Assembly (NCBI GenBank): GCA_964576265.1
Contig: CAZNVB010000202.1
Coordinates: forward strand, 1-42,496
DNA length: 42,496 nt
Origin: an uncultured Eubacteriales bacterium
Lineage (GTDB): Bacteria > Acidobacteriota > Aminicenantia > Aminicenantales > UBA8522
Direction: 5' to 3'
In this document: one piece after another, positions 27,380-36,547 of the stretch
Numbering within the stretch: position 1 is the first letter of the stretch
Layout: every line of letters starts with the position of its first letter
Notes under the pieces: generated by a model
What the model was told of the DNA's origin: nothing
Databases searched by the model: none
The model's input: only the letters and a program-made list of their open reading frames with translations
Translations under genes and position numbers: made by a program

Positions 27380-28401
27380 CCGCCGAAGCGATCACCTTTA
27401 AAGTCACCGACTTTGTCGAGCGCGATCTTGCCTGGGAAGAAGAGGAATGTCGCAAGCTTGGGTTGCGGTTTGAGTTCTACCAAATGAAGGAAGCCCCGGC
27501 TCATGAAATCGTCCGCCGGGTCAAGGATGCAGAGATCGTTCTCGTCAACATGGCCAAGTTCAACCGCGAGGTCATCTCCGGGCTCGAAAAAACCCAAATC
27601 ATCATCCGTCACGGAATCGGCTATGACAACGTCGATGTCGAAGCCGCCACGGATCACGGCATCATCCTGGCCAACGAGCGGACGGCTTCGAGCGAGGATG
27701 TCGCCGAGCATGCCGTCCTCCTGATCCTCGAGTCCTATAAAAAAAGAAAGATCCAGGACCGGATCCTCAGGGATTGGATCGAAACAGGAAAGTGGAGCTC
27801 GGAGAAGATTTATCCTCTCTATCGCTTGAACGGCAAGACCGTCGGGATCGTCGGCTGCGGGAATATCGGCAGCCGGGTCCTGAAAAAAATCCAGGGATTC
27901 GGTGTCGAAACAGTCGTCTGCGACCCCTATCTTTCGGAAAAAAGGTTCCGCGAGATCTGTTGCCGCCATACGCCGCTCGAAGAGCTGCTGAAGAAATCTG
28001 ATATCATTACCATCCATGTCCCCGTGACGGACGAAACCCGCGGCATGTTCAACCTTGAGAAATTCGCCCTGATGAAAAAATCCGCCGTCCTCATTAACAC
28101 CTCCCGCGGCCCAGTCGTCAAAACCGAAGACCTGATCGTGGCGTTGAAAGAGAAAATGATCGCCGGCGCAGGGCTCGATGTCTTTGAGAAAGAACCGCCG
28201 CCGGCCGACTCGGAGCTTCTCCGGCTCGACAACGTCATCCTCAGCCCCCATATTGCCTGGTACTCGGAAGAGGGCGGGTGGGACATCCGGGTGATGATCA
28301 TGGACGACGTCAAGGCCATCCTGGCGGGCAAGCTCCCCCGCTATGTTGTCAACAAGGAAGTCCTTTCCAGCCCGAAATTGCGCTTCCGGGTCCGGTCATA
28401 A
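27376..28401 (+). CDS. D-isomer-specific 2-hydroxyacid dehydrogenase
   Basis: RHGIGYDNVD, GIVGCGNIG, LINTSRG, GLDVFEKEP, SPHIAWYS. Start moved to ATG 27376 (ATGA overlap with the GntR stop). Confidence 0.93.
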   Translation: MTAEAITFKVTDFVERDLAWEEEECRKLGLRFEFYQMKEAPAHEIVRRVKDAEIVLVNMAKFNREVISGLEKTQIIIRHGIGYDNVDVEAATDHGIILANERTASSEDVAEHAVLLILESYKKRKIQDRILRDWIETGKWSSEKIYPLYRLNGKTVGIVGCGNIGSRVLKKIQGFGVETVVCDPYLSEKRFREICCRHTPLEELLKKSDIITIHVPVTDETRGMFNLEKFALMKKSAVLINTSRGPVVKTEDLIVALKEKMIAGAGLDVFEKEPPPADSELLRLDNVILSPHIAWYSEEGGWDIRVMIMDDVKAILAGKLPRYVVNKEVLSSPKLRFRVRS

Positions 28402-28455
28402 GCTAACGTTCTAACCCGGAGGATTTCCTGATCCCGGTTTCTTTTCAACCTCGAC

Positions 28456-30240
28456 CTAATCGGTGATGGTCTTCCAGCCGCGCTTGTTCAGGTCGAAATA
28501 AATGACCCCTCCCGCCGCAAGACCCAACAGAAGAAACAGCAGGCCTTGTTGGAGACGGCCGAAAATCAGATTTCCCGCGCCAAACAGAAAGCCGTAGATC
28601 ATGGCCACGCCGCAGAGCCAATCCATCAGGTTGAAAAGCCCGTCCCGCTGCGGCACGATATCTGTCGCCTCCCGGGCGATAGGCCCCCAGAGAGCGGGGC
28701 TTGGCCGCACGCGTCGATAGAAAGCCAAGAGAACATCTTTGTTCTCCGGCCCGGTCATCAAGGTCACCGCCAGCCAGACGGCCGTCGTCACGCCGACGGT
28801 GATCAAGCAAAGAAAGGCGAATTCGCGCGGTTCGCTCTCGCGCAGCCCGAAGCCGAATTGGAGGGTGAGCGACGTGACGAACGCGGCGATCATGGCCGAG
28901 ACCTCACTCCAGGCGTTGATCCGCCACCAGAACCAGCGGAGGAGATAAACGAGTCCTGTTCCAGCTCCGATGGCGATGATGAATTTCCAGGCATCGGCGA
29001 TCGATTCCATGAAAAAAGCGCTTATGGCCGACAGGATCATCAACGTCATGGTCGTCAGCTGAGAGACGAGGACATAATGCTTTTCCGGTCGCCGACGGAC
29101 CAGAAAACGGCGGTAAAGGTCGTTGACGAGATAGCTCGCTCCCCAGTTGAGCTCGGTGGCGATCGTCGACATATAGGCGGCAAAAAAACCGGCGATCATC
29201 ACCCCCCGGAGTGAAGCCGGAAGGTCGGTGAGGAGAATCCGAATATAGCCGGATTCCGGGTCGCCGGCGAAAGCCGGATCGTCCTGAAAACGCAGGACGG
29301 CGACCAAGGCAACGAGGATCCAGGGCCAGGGCCGAAGCGCATAGTGGGCGATATTGAACCAGAGAGTGGCCAGAAGCGAGTGCTTTTCATCCTTGGCGCT
29401 GAGAATGCGCTGAGCGATAAAGCCGCCTCCTCCCGGCTCGGCTCCAGGATACCAGGAAGCCCACCAATTGACGGCGATATAAACGAAAAAAGTGATCAGC
29501 GGCATCCAGGCAGAGCCGATCTCGGGAACGAAAGAGAGCAGGGAGCCTCCGGCCGCACCTCGAGCCTGGTCGATCGAACGGATTCCCTGGATGAGCCCGG
29601 TCATGCCGCCGACATGATGAACCGCAAAGACGGCCAAAACGATCACCATACCCATGATCAAGATAAACTGAAAAAGATCGGTCACCAGGACTCCCCAGAG
29701 GCCGGCGAGTGTTGAGATCAAGGCGGTCAAGAACATGACGCCGATCGTCATCAGCAGAGCCTCGAGCTTGGTCACCCCAAGGACGATCATCAAAATCTTG
29801 GCCATGGCCAAGTTGACCCAGCCCATGATGATCAGGTTGATCGGCAGCCCGAGGTAGAAGGCCCGAAAAGCGCGAAGAAACCGGGCCGGGGGACCGCTAT
29901 AACGGAGCTCGGCGAATTCGACGTCGGTCAGGACTCCCGCCCTTCTCCAGAGGCGAGAATAGAAGAAAACGGTCAGCATGCCGCTGAAAGCCATGCTCCA
30001 CCAGATCCAGTTTCCGGCGATGCCGTTGCGCGCCACGAGGCCGGTGACGGCAAGAGGCGTATCTGCCGCGAATGTCGTCGCCACCATGGACGTTCCGGCC
30101 AGCCACCAGCTGACATTTCGGCCGGAGACAAAAAAATCGCTGACGCTTTCTGTCGCCCGGCGCCGAAAATAAAGCCCGATCCCCAGGCTGATCAGGAAAT
30201 AAAGAGCGATGACCGCCCAATCGAGGATGTTCAGGCGCAT
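28456..30240 (-). CDS. Sodium:solute symporter (SSS) family transporter
   Basis: DW.VI.LY, FFVSGR.VSWWLAGTSMVATTFAADTPL, ELRY, AQRILSAKDE, AAYMST; many TM helices. Confidence 0.93.
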   Translation of the reverse strand: MRLNILDWAVIALYFLISLGIGLYFRRRATESVSDFFVSGRNVSWWLAGTSMVATTFAADTPLAVTGLVARNGIAGNWIWWSMAFSGMLTVFFYSRLWRRAGVLTDVEFAELRYSGPPARFLRAFRAFYLGLPINLIIMGWVNLAMAKILMIVLGVTKLEALLMTIGVMFLTALISTLAGLWGVLVTDLFQFILIMGMVIVLAVFAVHHVGGMTGLIQGIRSIDQARGAAGGSLLSFVPEIGSAWMPLITFFVYIAVNWWASWYPGAEPGGGGFIAQRILSAKDEKHSLLATLWFNIAHYALRPWPWILVALVAVLRFQDDPAFAGDPESGYIRILLTDLPASLRGVMIAGFFAAYMSTIATELNWGASYLVNDLYRRFLVRRRPEKHYVLVSQLTTMTLMILSAISAFFMESIADAWKFIIAIGAGTGLVYLLRWFWWRINAWSEVSAMIAAFVTSLTLQFGFGLRESEPREFAFLCLITVGVTTAVWLAVTLMTGPENKDVLLAFYRRVRPSPALWGPIAREATDIVPQRDGLFNLMDWLCGVAMIYGFLFGAGNLIFGRLQQGLLFLLLGLAAGGVIYFDLNKRGWKTITD

Positions 30241-30349
30241 CTTCCTTTCTCCATTTTGGACTTCTCGGCGCGGCGATTCGGAGCTTCAGATCTTCCGTCC
30301 TAAGGCAAGGAAGCCCCAAGGGAATCCGTTTGCCGGGCCGGAAAGAGGC

Positions 30350-30380
30350 CATTGATATATCAATGTTTCTGGCCTGTCAA
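30350..30380 (-). promoter_or_regulatory. Perfect 16 bp palindrome (candidate repressor operator) just downstream of a TTGACA -35 box of the SSS gene
   Basis: CATTGATATATCAATG at 30350-30365. TTGACA on the minus strand at 30380-30375. Confidence 0.6.
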
Positions 30381-30577
30381 GATCGGCCGCGACCGACGCT
30401 CCCGTTCTGACTGCTGACGCCGCTCTCTCCATGATCATTGCGCGCGACGGTGGATTTGATCGTCAGAAGATTCAGAAATCAAACAAGAGGTCTTGCCAAG
30501 GGGGGGCAAATTTTGATAAAAATACTCAATGATTTTCGCCCTTTGACGAAAATTCGCAAATTTGAGCGGAGGCGACG

Positions 30578-32317
30578 ATGAAAAAAACGATCGGTTGGGC
30601 TTTCCTTTTGGGCTTCCTGGTTTTCGGGCGAAGTGCGGCGGCGGAATTCGGCTATCCCGTCAACGGAGAGCCGTGGTATTTCATCAAGGCCAGCTTCGCC
30701 GATCCAGCCCCTCTCTCCAAGGGATCCTGGCGCGTCGCCCGTGTTGCCGTCAACGGAGAACGGGCCCGCGATTATGTCCTTTTTCAAGGCGGAGAGGAAG
30801 TCCCGGGAAAAGAGATCGACGGCGAACTCCCCTTCGAAATCAAAATCCGTCACTCCTGGACGGGGAATACGTCTTATGACGTCGAAGTCACGCTGGAAAA
30901 CCCAAAATCGAAATCGTCGACTAAACTGACCCAGAAACTCACCTCCCCAGGTCTGAAGGGCTACTGGGACAGGGCCTGGAAGAACTATATTTCCCTTCTG
31001 GTGGCGGAAGAAAACGGGATCGAGCGGACGAACCTCCCCGTTCAGGCAACACTCGGCATTCTGAGCGCATACTTTCAGTCGCCCGATGAAATCCGGGTCG
31101 TTAAGACGGCCAGGCAAGGGGACGACATCGCCTATATCGAAGTCCCATGCCAAGTTTATGATATCGTCTCGTGGGAAGACCGCAAGATTCTATCGACGGT
31201 CGAAAAAGACGAAAAAACGGGCCAGCCCATCGTTCGTTATCATCCGACGACGAGCTTCAGCCTCGCTTTTTTAGCCGACCTCAAGCCGCATGAAAAGGCC
31301 ACCTATCTCGTTTTCCATAACAACCCAGCCGCCCCGAAACCCGCCTACGGGAGCGATCTCAAGGTCACCGGAGAAGGCCTCGGCAAAGCGATCGAAAACA
31401 GTTTCTTTCGGGTGACCTTGAACAAAAAAAGCGGAGTCATTTACGAAATCACCGAAAAGGCCTCAAAAACCCGACTCGAACACAAACTCGAGACAAACGG
31501 CTCGATCCATTGGAATCCCTGCGTTTATTCCCCGCCGCACGCCTGGTACCATACCTCGGACTGGGAAAACCCGCCTTTTACCGAAATCAGCGGGCCTCTG
31601 TTCTATTCCATCCGCATTGCGGCCCCGATTCCCTACTATCCGAACGTCCTGTCAAGCGTGACCTATCATTTCTACGCCGGAGTTCCGTATATCCTGGTTC
31701 AGACAACCATTCAGATTGCCGATCGCCTGTTCGTCCAAGCCCTGCGCAACGGCGAGGTCGTCTTCAACAAAAAGGTCTTTTCCCATGCCGGTTATAAGAC
31801 AGTGGACGGCCAGGTAAAGGTGATCGACCTCAGCCGCACCCGGATGCACCCCGAACATGTCATTTCCCTTCGTCCCGATATTCCCTGGGTGACTTTTTAC
31901 AACGAAGCCAAGGGCGTCGCCTTCGCCAATCTCTACTTGGAGACGGTCGCCACCAATGTCGAGGGCGGCGAAGCGTCTTTGGAACAGCCTTTTGTCTACA
32001 TCCAGCATGGGCCGTGGTATTACCTCGCCCGAGGCCTGGTCTATTCTTTCGGGACAAACAACCAGACTCGCATGCTTCCCGTGCGCAAAGGAAGCGTCTA
32101 CTACGAGAAAAATGTCTTCTACCCCTTTGCCCTGAAAAAAGGCGTCCGCTTTTCGACGGAAGCCGACCGAGTGTTCCAGATGCTGAAATTTCCTCTGAGC
32201 ATCCTGGAATCGATCGAAACTTACCCGGAAAGCCCGGAAGGCTGGGTGGTCCCCATCCTGACCGAGCCGTTCGAAGAGGGCGTCGAAGAGGCGATCGGTG
32301 GAAAAAAGAAAAAATAG
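30578..32317 (+). CDS. Exported hypothetical protein, probable beta-supersandwich (galactose mutarotase-like/GH38 C-terminal-like) fold, paralogue A
   Basis: RBS GGAGG; signal peptide ending RSAAA. EENGIERTNLPV and IENSFFRVTL...SGVIYEI are patterns typical of such carbohydrate-enzyme domains. Fold is an inference. Confidence 0.65.
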   Translation: MKKTIGWAFLLGFLVFGRSAAAEFGYPVNGEPWYFIKASFADPAPLSKGSWRVARVAVNGERARDYVLFQGGEEVPGKEIDGELPFEIKIRHSWTGNTSYDVEVTLENPKSKSSTKLTQKLTSPGLKGYWDRAWKNYISLLVAEENGIERTNLPVQATLGILSAYFQSPDEIRVVKTARQGDDIAYIEVPCQVYDIVSWEDRKILSTVEKDEKTGQPIVRYHPTTSFSLAFLADLKPHEKATYLVFHNNPAAPKPAYGSDLKVTGEGLGKAIENSFFRVTLNKKSGVIYEITEKASKTRLEHKLETNGSIHWNPCVYSPPHAWYHTSDWENPPFTEISGPLFYSIRIAAPIPYYPNVLSSVTYHFYAGVPYILVQTTIQIADRLFVQALRNGEVVFNKKVFSHAGYKTVDGQVKVIDLSRTRMHPEHVISLRPDIPWVTFYNEAKGVAFANLYLETVATNVEGGEASLEQPFVYIQHGPWYYLARGLVYSFGTNNQTRMLPVRKGSVYYEKNVFYPFALKKGVRFSTEADRVFQMLKFPLSILESIETYPESPEGWVVPILTEPFEEGVEEAIGGKKKK

Positions 32318-33878
32318 CAGGAAGCAGCTCCTCTCCGTCTTGTTGATCTCCCTCGTCCCGACCGGAGCGCACGCGGAGGCAGCCAGGGCCGCCGTTGTCT
32401 TCGTCAGTCCGACATTTGCCAAACCTCATTTTCAAATCGCCATTTCCCATACCGTGATGGAGAATAAGACCGTCCTCAAAGAGCTTCGCGTCAACGGCGA
32501 AAAGCAGCCGCGGGTGCTTGTCTTCCGAGACGGCCGGAACTTTTCCGCCGGCACGGCGCTTGAAAAAGGGACCTATGAGGTTGTTGCGGATTACGCCTGG
32601 AAATCGGGCAAGAATTATCGGCTGACGATCATCAGTCAGATTGAAGGACGAACACCGGAGATCCGGGAGATCACGGGCCGTGCGCCGGATGAAGGCGGCA
32701 TCCCCGGAGGGAAGGAAGGTTTTTACAGAGTCTATGCCGTTGAGGAAGAGGCCGGCCTGGCCAGGGACGCCGAAACTGTCAGCTTGATTCTCACTGCGCC
32801 CAAGAACGAGGCCGAGGAAGGAACATTCGTTGTCTTTGACGGCTCAAGCCCTGTCCCCTACGAGATCATAGAAAGAAGAGAATCCGTTCCCCCCGAAAAA
32901 GCCTCGGCCGATCACCCTGTCACCTTGACTTTTAAAATTGTCTTTCAGCTCAGCGCTCGAGCCGGGGAGAAAAAGCTGCTCCTTGTTCTTAAAGACGAAA
33001 AACATCCGACCGTAAAACCGGGAATCCAGCTCGTCGGCGAAGGTCTCGGCAAGACCGTGGACAACGGAATGATTGTCCTCGGCCTCAGCCCGCAGAGCGG
33101 CCAGGTCAACACGATCACTTCTCCGCCCTTGAACCTCGTGCTTCAAAACAGGGCGGGAGTGATCCATTGGAATCCCGATGTGTTTATTCCGGGCATTGCC
33201 TGGGACCATTCTTTCGACTGGAATCCTCCGCCTATCTTCGAGGAGAAGTGCGCTTCTCTGATGTACGTCAACTCCCGGCGAGGTCCCCTGCCCAGAATCC
33301 AGGATGTCCACCTTGACGTCCGATACACCCTGGAGGCGGGAAAGCCGTATTTTCTTTCGGAAACCCGGCTGAATTTCCTCCGCGATCTGGGAGTCATTGC
33401 CGTGCGCAACGACGAGATGGTCCTTTCCAAGGAACTGTTCGATTCTCTCGTTTACAAGGACCGGTATGGAAAGATTATTAAACTCGAGCTGCGGGAAAAA
33501 CCCGGAGTCCCCTTTGGTCTCGTCCACGCCGGCCCGTCGGATCTGGAATGGGTTGGCCTGGTGAACACCAAAGAAAAATATGGATTCTTCAGCCTCCGAC
33601 TGAACTCCGCCTGCGGCAATTTCGAAAGTCCGGGCGAATTCGAGCACAAAGCGGGAACATATTTTTATGCCCCCGCGGACGGAAATTATGTCTATTGGGT
33701 GAGGCCCCTAATTTACACCTGGGCCGACTTCGCCACCAACACGCTGCTCGTCTCTGTCCCGAAAGGAAGTTTTTTTTACGAAAAAAACGCTTATCTTGTG
33801 CTTCGGCTGGATGAGGATTTCGAGCCTCGGCTCGACGAATGGCATCGTCGCCTGACCCGACCTCTGCGCGTTTTCTGA
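32298..33878 (+). CDS. Exported hypothetical protein, paralogue B of 30578-32317
   Basis: GTG start overlapping the upstream gene; signal peptide ending GAHA. Shares GEGLGK, IHWNP, W.H..DW..PP, RN.E.V and KGS..YEKN with paralogue A. Confidence 0.65.
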   Translation: MEKRKNSRKQLLSVLLISLVPTGAHAEAARAAVVFVSPTFAKPHFQIAISHTVMENKTVLKELRVNGEKQPRVLVFRDGRNFSAGTALEKGTYEVVADYAWKSGKNYRLTIISQIEGRTPEIREITGRAPDEGGIPGGKEGFYRVYAVEEEAGLARDAETVSLILTAPKNEAEEGTFVVFDGSSPVPYEIIERRESVPPEKASADHPVTLTFKIVFQLSARAGEKKLLLVLKDEKHPTVKPGIQLVGEGLGKTVDNGMIVLGLSPQSGQVNTITSPPLNLVLQNRAGVIHWNPDVFIPGIAWDHSFDWNPPPIFEEKCASLMYVNSRRGPLPRIQDVHLDVRYTLEAGKPYFLSETRLNFLRDLGVIAVRNDEMVLSKELFDSLVYKDRYGKIIKLELREKPGVPFGLVHAGPSDLEWVGLVNTKEKYGFFSLRLNSACGNFESPGEFEHKAGTYFYAPADGNYVYWVRPLIYTWADFATNTLLVSVPKGSFFYEKNAYLVLRLDEDFEPRLDEWHRRLTRPLRVF

Positions 33879-33912
33879 TCGGGGCAGAAACTCAGGCGTG
33901 GGAGGAGAACGC

Positions 33913-35448
33913 ATGTTTTTCCTGGGAATCGATTCCGGGACGCAAGGGACCAAAGTCCTGGTCATCGATTTGAAAGGCCGGGTTCTCGGCCGCGGATACA
34001 GCCCGCACCGGCGGGTCGAAAACTTGAAACCCGGAGAAAGCGAACAGCAGCCCGAAGACTGGGTCCGGGCGATGGAGACGGCCCTCGGCTCGGCGCTTCG
34101 GCAGGCCCGGATCGATCCGGAAAAGATCGTTTCGCTGGGGATTTCCGGCCAGCAGCACGGGTTTGTGGCTCTCGACCGGACCGGCCGGCCGATCCGACCG
34201 GCTAAGCTCTGGAATGACACCTCAACCATCGAGGAAACAGAAATCCTGGTCCGGCGCCTAGGCGGGAAAAAAAGATACATCCGCAAGCTGGGCATCGGCC
34301 TGGCGGTCGGCTACACGGCCTCGAAGATCCTCTGGCTCAAACGCCATGAGCCGCGAAACTATGCCCGACTCCATACCGTCCTCCTTCCCCATAATTACCT
34401 GAACTTCTTTCTCACCGGAACGCCGGTCATGGAGTACGGCGATGCTTCGGGCACGGGCCTGATGGACATTAAAAAGCGCGTTTGGCACCGGGAGGCCGTT
34501 TCCGCCATCGAGCCCGCGCTGCGACTCAAGCTTCCGCCGCTCCGGCATCCGGCGGAGCCTGTCGGGTTGGTCAAAAAGAGCCTGGCTGTACGCTGGGGAA
34601 TGAAGCGTGTCCTCGTCGCCAGCGGGGGTGGAGACAACATGATGGCGGCCATCGGGAGCGGCAATGTTGTTCCCGGCATTTGCACGGTCAGCTTGGGAAC
34701 ATCGGGAACGATCTATTCCTACTCTCCGACGCCCTTCGTTGACCCTGAAGGGGAAATTGCCGCCTTTTGCGACAGCACCGGCGGATGGCTTCCTCTCCTC
34801 TGCACGATGAACGTCACGAATACGACGGAGATTCTCAAAGAACTTTTTGGTTGGACGAACAAAGATCTTGAACGCCTGGCCGGTCAGGCACCGGAAGGAG
34901 CGGGCGGACTCCTTTTCCTTCCTTTTATCGATGGGGAGAGGGTCCCCGAGCTTCCCTGGTCGAGCGGCGTTCTCTTCGGCCTCAACCGGCAAACATTTCA
35001 GCCCTCTTACTTATCCAGAGCTTTCCTCGAGGGGACGATCCTTAATCTCGGCTACGGTTTTTCCAGGATGCGAGCTCTCGGCCTCAGGCCGTCGGAAATT
35101 CGAGCCACAGGGGGCGGGTCGCGAAGCCGTCTCTGGCTTCAGATCCTGGCCGACATCCTTCAAACGCCGGTCGTAACATTGGCCGAACAGGAAGCCGCTG
35201 CCTTCGGCGCCGCCCTTCAGGCGATCTGGGCCTATGAGACTGATCGGGGAAAAGAATCCGCGATCGCGACCATCGTCGCCGAAAGGGTCAAGACCGGCCT
35301 TCGTCCCATCGAACCCCATGCCGGAAGCGGAGCGGTTTACAGAAGCCTCCAGAAACGGTTCCATTCCCTGTGGAAAACCCTCCGCGGCGAGTTCAAGGCT
35401 CACCGGACATTTTCGGTTTCACGACCGGGCGACCCTCGAGCCGTTTGA
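33913..35448 (+). CDS. xylB: Xylulokinase (FGGY carbohydrate kinase)
   Basis: LGIDSGTQGTK, GISGQQHG, AKLWND, GDASGTG, GGGDNMMAAIG, VSLGTSGT, GERVP, TGGGS. RBS GGAGG before ATG 33913. Confidence 0.9.
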   Translation: MFFLGIDSGTQGTKVLVIDLKGRVLGRGYSPHRRVENLKPGESEQQPEDWVRAMETALGSALRQARIDPEKIVSLGISGQQHGFVALDRTGRPIRPAKLWNDTSTIEETEILVRRLGGKKRYIRKLGIGLAVGYTASKILWLKRHEPRNYARLHTVLLPHNYLNFFLTGTPVMEYGDASGTGLMDIKKRVWHREAVSAIEPALRLKLPPLRHPAEPVGLVKKSLAVRWGMKRVLVASGGGDNMMAAIGSGNVVPGICTVSLGTSGTIYSYSPTPFVDPEGEIAAFCDSTGGWLPLLCTMNVTNTTEILKELFGWTNKDLERLAGQAPEGAGGLLFLPFIDGERVPELPWSSGVLFGLNRQTFQPSYLSRAFLEGTILNLGYGFSRMRALGLRPSEIRATGGGSRSRLWLQILADILQTPVVTLAEQEAAAFGAALQAIWAYETDRGKESAIATIVAERVKTGLRPIEPHAGSGAVYRSLQKRFHSLWKTLRGEFKAHRTFSVSRPGDPRAV

Positions 35449-35450
35449 TT

Positions 35451-36509
35451 TCAGGTCCAGCCGTATTCGTAGCCGGTGCGATACATCATCAGGATATTCT
35501 CGACAGGCGTGATCGGTTGAAGATTGTGACACGGCGCCAGAATATATCTTCCATCCCATCCGAGAAGGCGAAAATTATCCAGGACTTCCTGCCGGACGTC
35601 TTCCGGAGTTCCAAAAGGCAAGGTGAGCTGATTGTCCATCGCTCCGTGAAAAACGATTTTGTCGCCGAAGTCGCGTTTCAGCCCTTCTCTGTCCATCCCG
35701 GGGACACGCCACTGGATGGGGTTGAGGGCGTCGATCCCCGCGGCAATCAGGTCAGGCAGAATTCGGCGGCAATTCCCGTCGTTATGATGGAAGACATAGG
35801 CTCCGGCCTGATGAGCCAGGTCGATCATCCGTTTCATTCCGGGGAGAAGGAGCTCCCGGATGTGTTCGGGAGAAAACATTAAATCGGTCTGGCCGCCCAT
35901 GTCCTCAGCAACATAAGAGATCATGACTTTCCCTGGAATTTGTTCGTAGATCCGGAGGCTGTTTTCGTAAGCAAGGTCAAAGAGCTTTCCCAGACAATAA
36001 CGGACGATCTCGGGGTTCTCGATCAGATCGATAAAGGCTTGCTCCTGTCCCCGGAGATTCTTGTAGGTCAGGAACGGCTCGGAACCTCCGCCCCGAACAG
36101 GATACTTTTCCCATCCCTTGATCTGGCGCGGAATTCCGCCGTAATCCCACCAGTCCGGACTCGGCCAATGATATTCGCGGTCGATCTGATCAACGGAGGA
36201 GAAACGGGCCAGAGGATGGGAGACGCACTCCTTATAGATCCCGCCCCCATAATCGACTGCGGCGTAGCGACAGCCGAAAATATCCATGCCCCGGCCAAGT
36301 TTCGGGCCGATATAGTCGGGTTCCACCTTGATGACGAAATCGACATGGAGTTTCTGGAGTGCCTGCCGAGTCGTTCGGCAGCCGAGGTGCCGGCGCAGGA
36401 TGGCCGATGTTTCCTCAGTCGCCCAATAATCCATCGGTAGGCGGTCGGGCTTCCGATGCTGAAGAACGGCCAACCATCGTTCCCTGGGACTCAGGCTCTC
36501 TTTCGGCAT
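35451..36509 (-). CDS. Uroporphyrinogen decarboxylase (URO-D/MtaA-CmuA) family protein
   Basis: SPRERW......PDRLP, LRGQE, AEDMGGQ..LMFSP, FHHNDGN, GIDALNPIQ, HGAMDNQ, YILAPCHN...TPVENI. Alternative start 36524. Confidence 0.88.
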   Translation of the reverse strand: MPKESLSPRERWLAVLQHRKPDRLPMDYWATEETSAILRRHLGCRTTRQALQKLHVDFVIKVEPDYIGPKLGRGMDIFGCRYAAVDYGGGIYKECVSHPLARFSSVDQIDREYHWPSPDWWDYGGIPRQIKGWEKYPVRGGGSEPFLTYKNLRGQEQAFIDLIENPEIVRYCLGKLFDLAYENSLRIYEQIPGKVMISYVAEDMGGQTDLMFSPEHIRELLLPGMKRMIDLAHQAGAYVFHHNDGNCRRILPDLIAAGIDALNPIQWRVPGMDREGLKRDFGDKIVFHGAMDNQLTLPFGTPEDVRQEVLDNFRLLGWDGRYILAPCHNLQPITPVENILMMYRTGYEYGWT

Positions 36510-36547
36510 CCGTTCATTCCCCATTCAATTTATCAAACCTCTCGTTC

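Noticed and set aside
28413-28445. Possible terminator between the convergent dehydrogenase and SSS genes
   Set aside because: A T-rich tail is present but the stem is imperfect; too weak to call.
30241-30349. About 100 nt leader of the SSS gene as a riboswitch
   Set aside because: No consensus of a known riboswitch class recognised by eye; an Infernal/Rfam scan would be needed.
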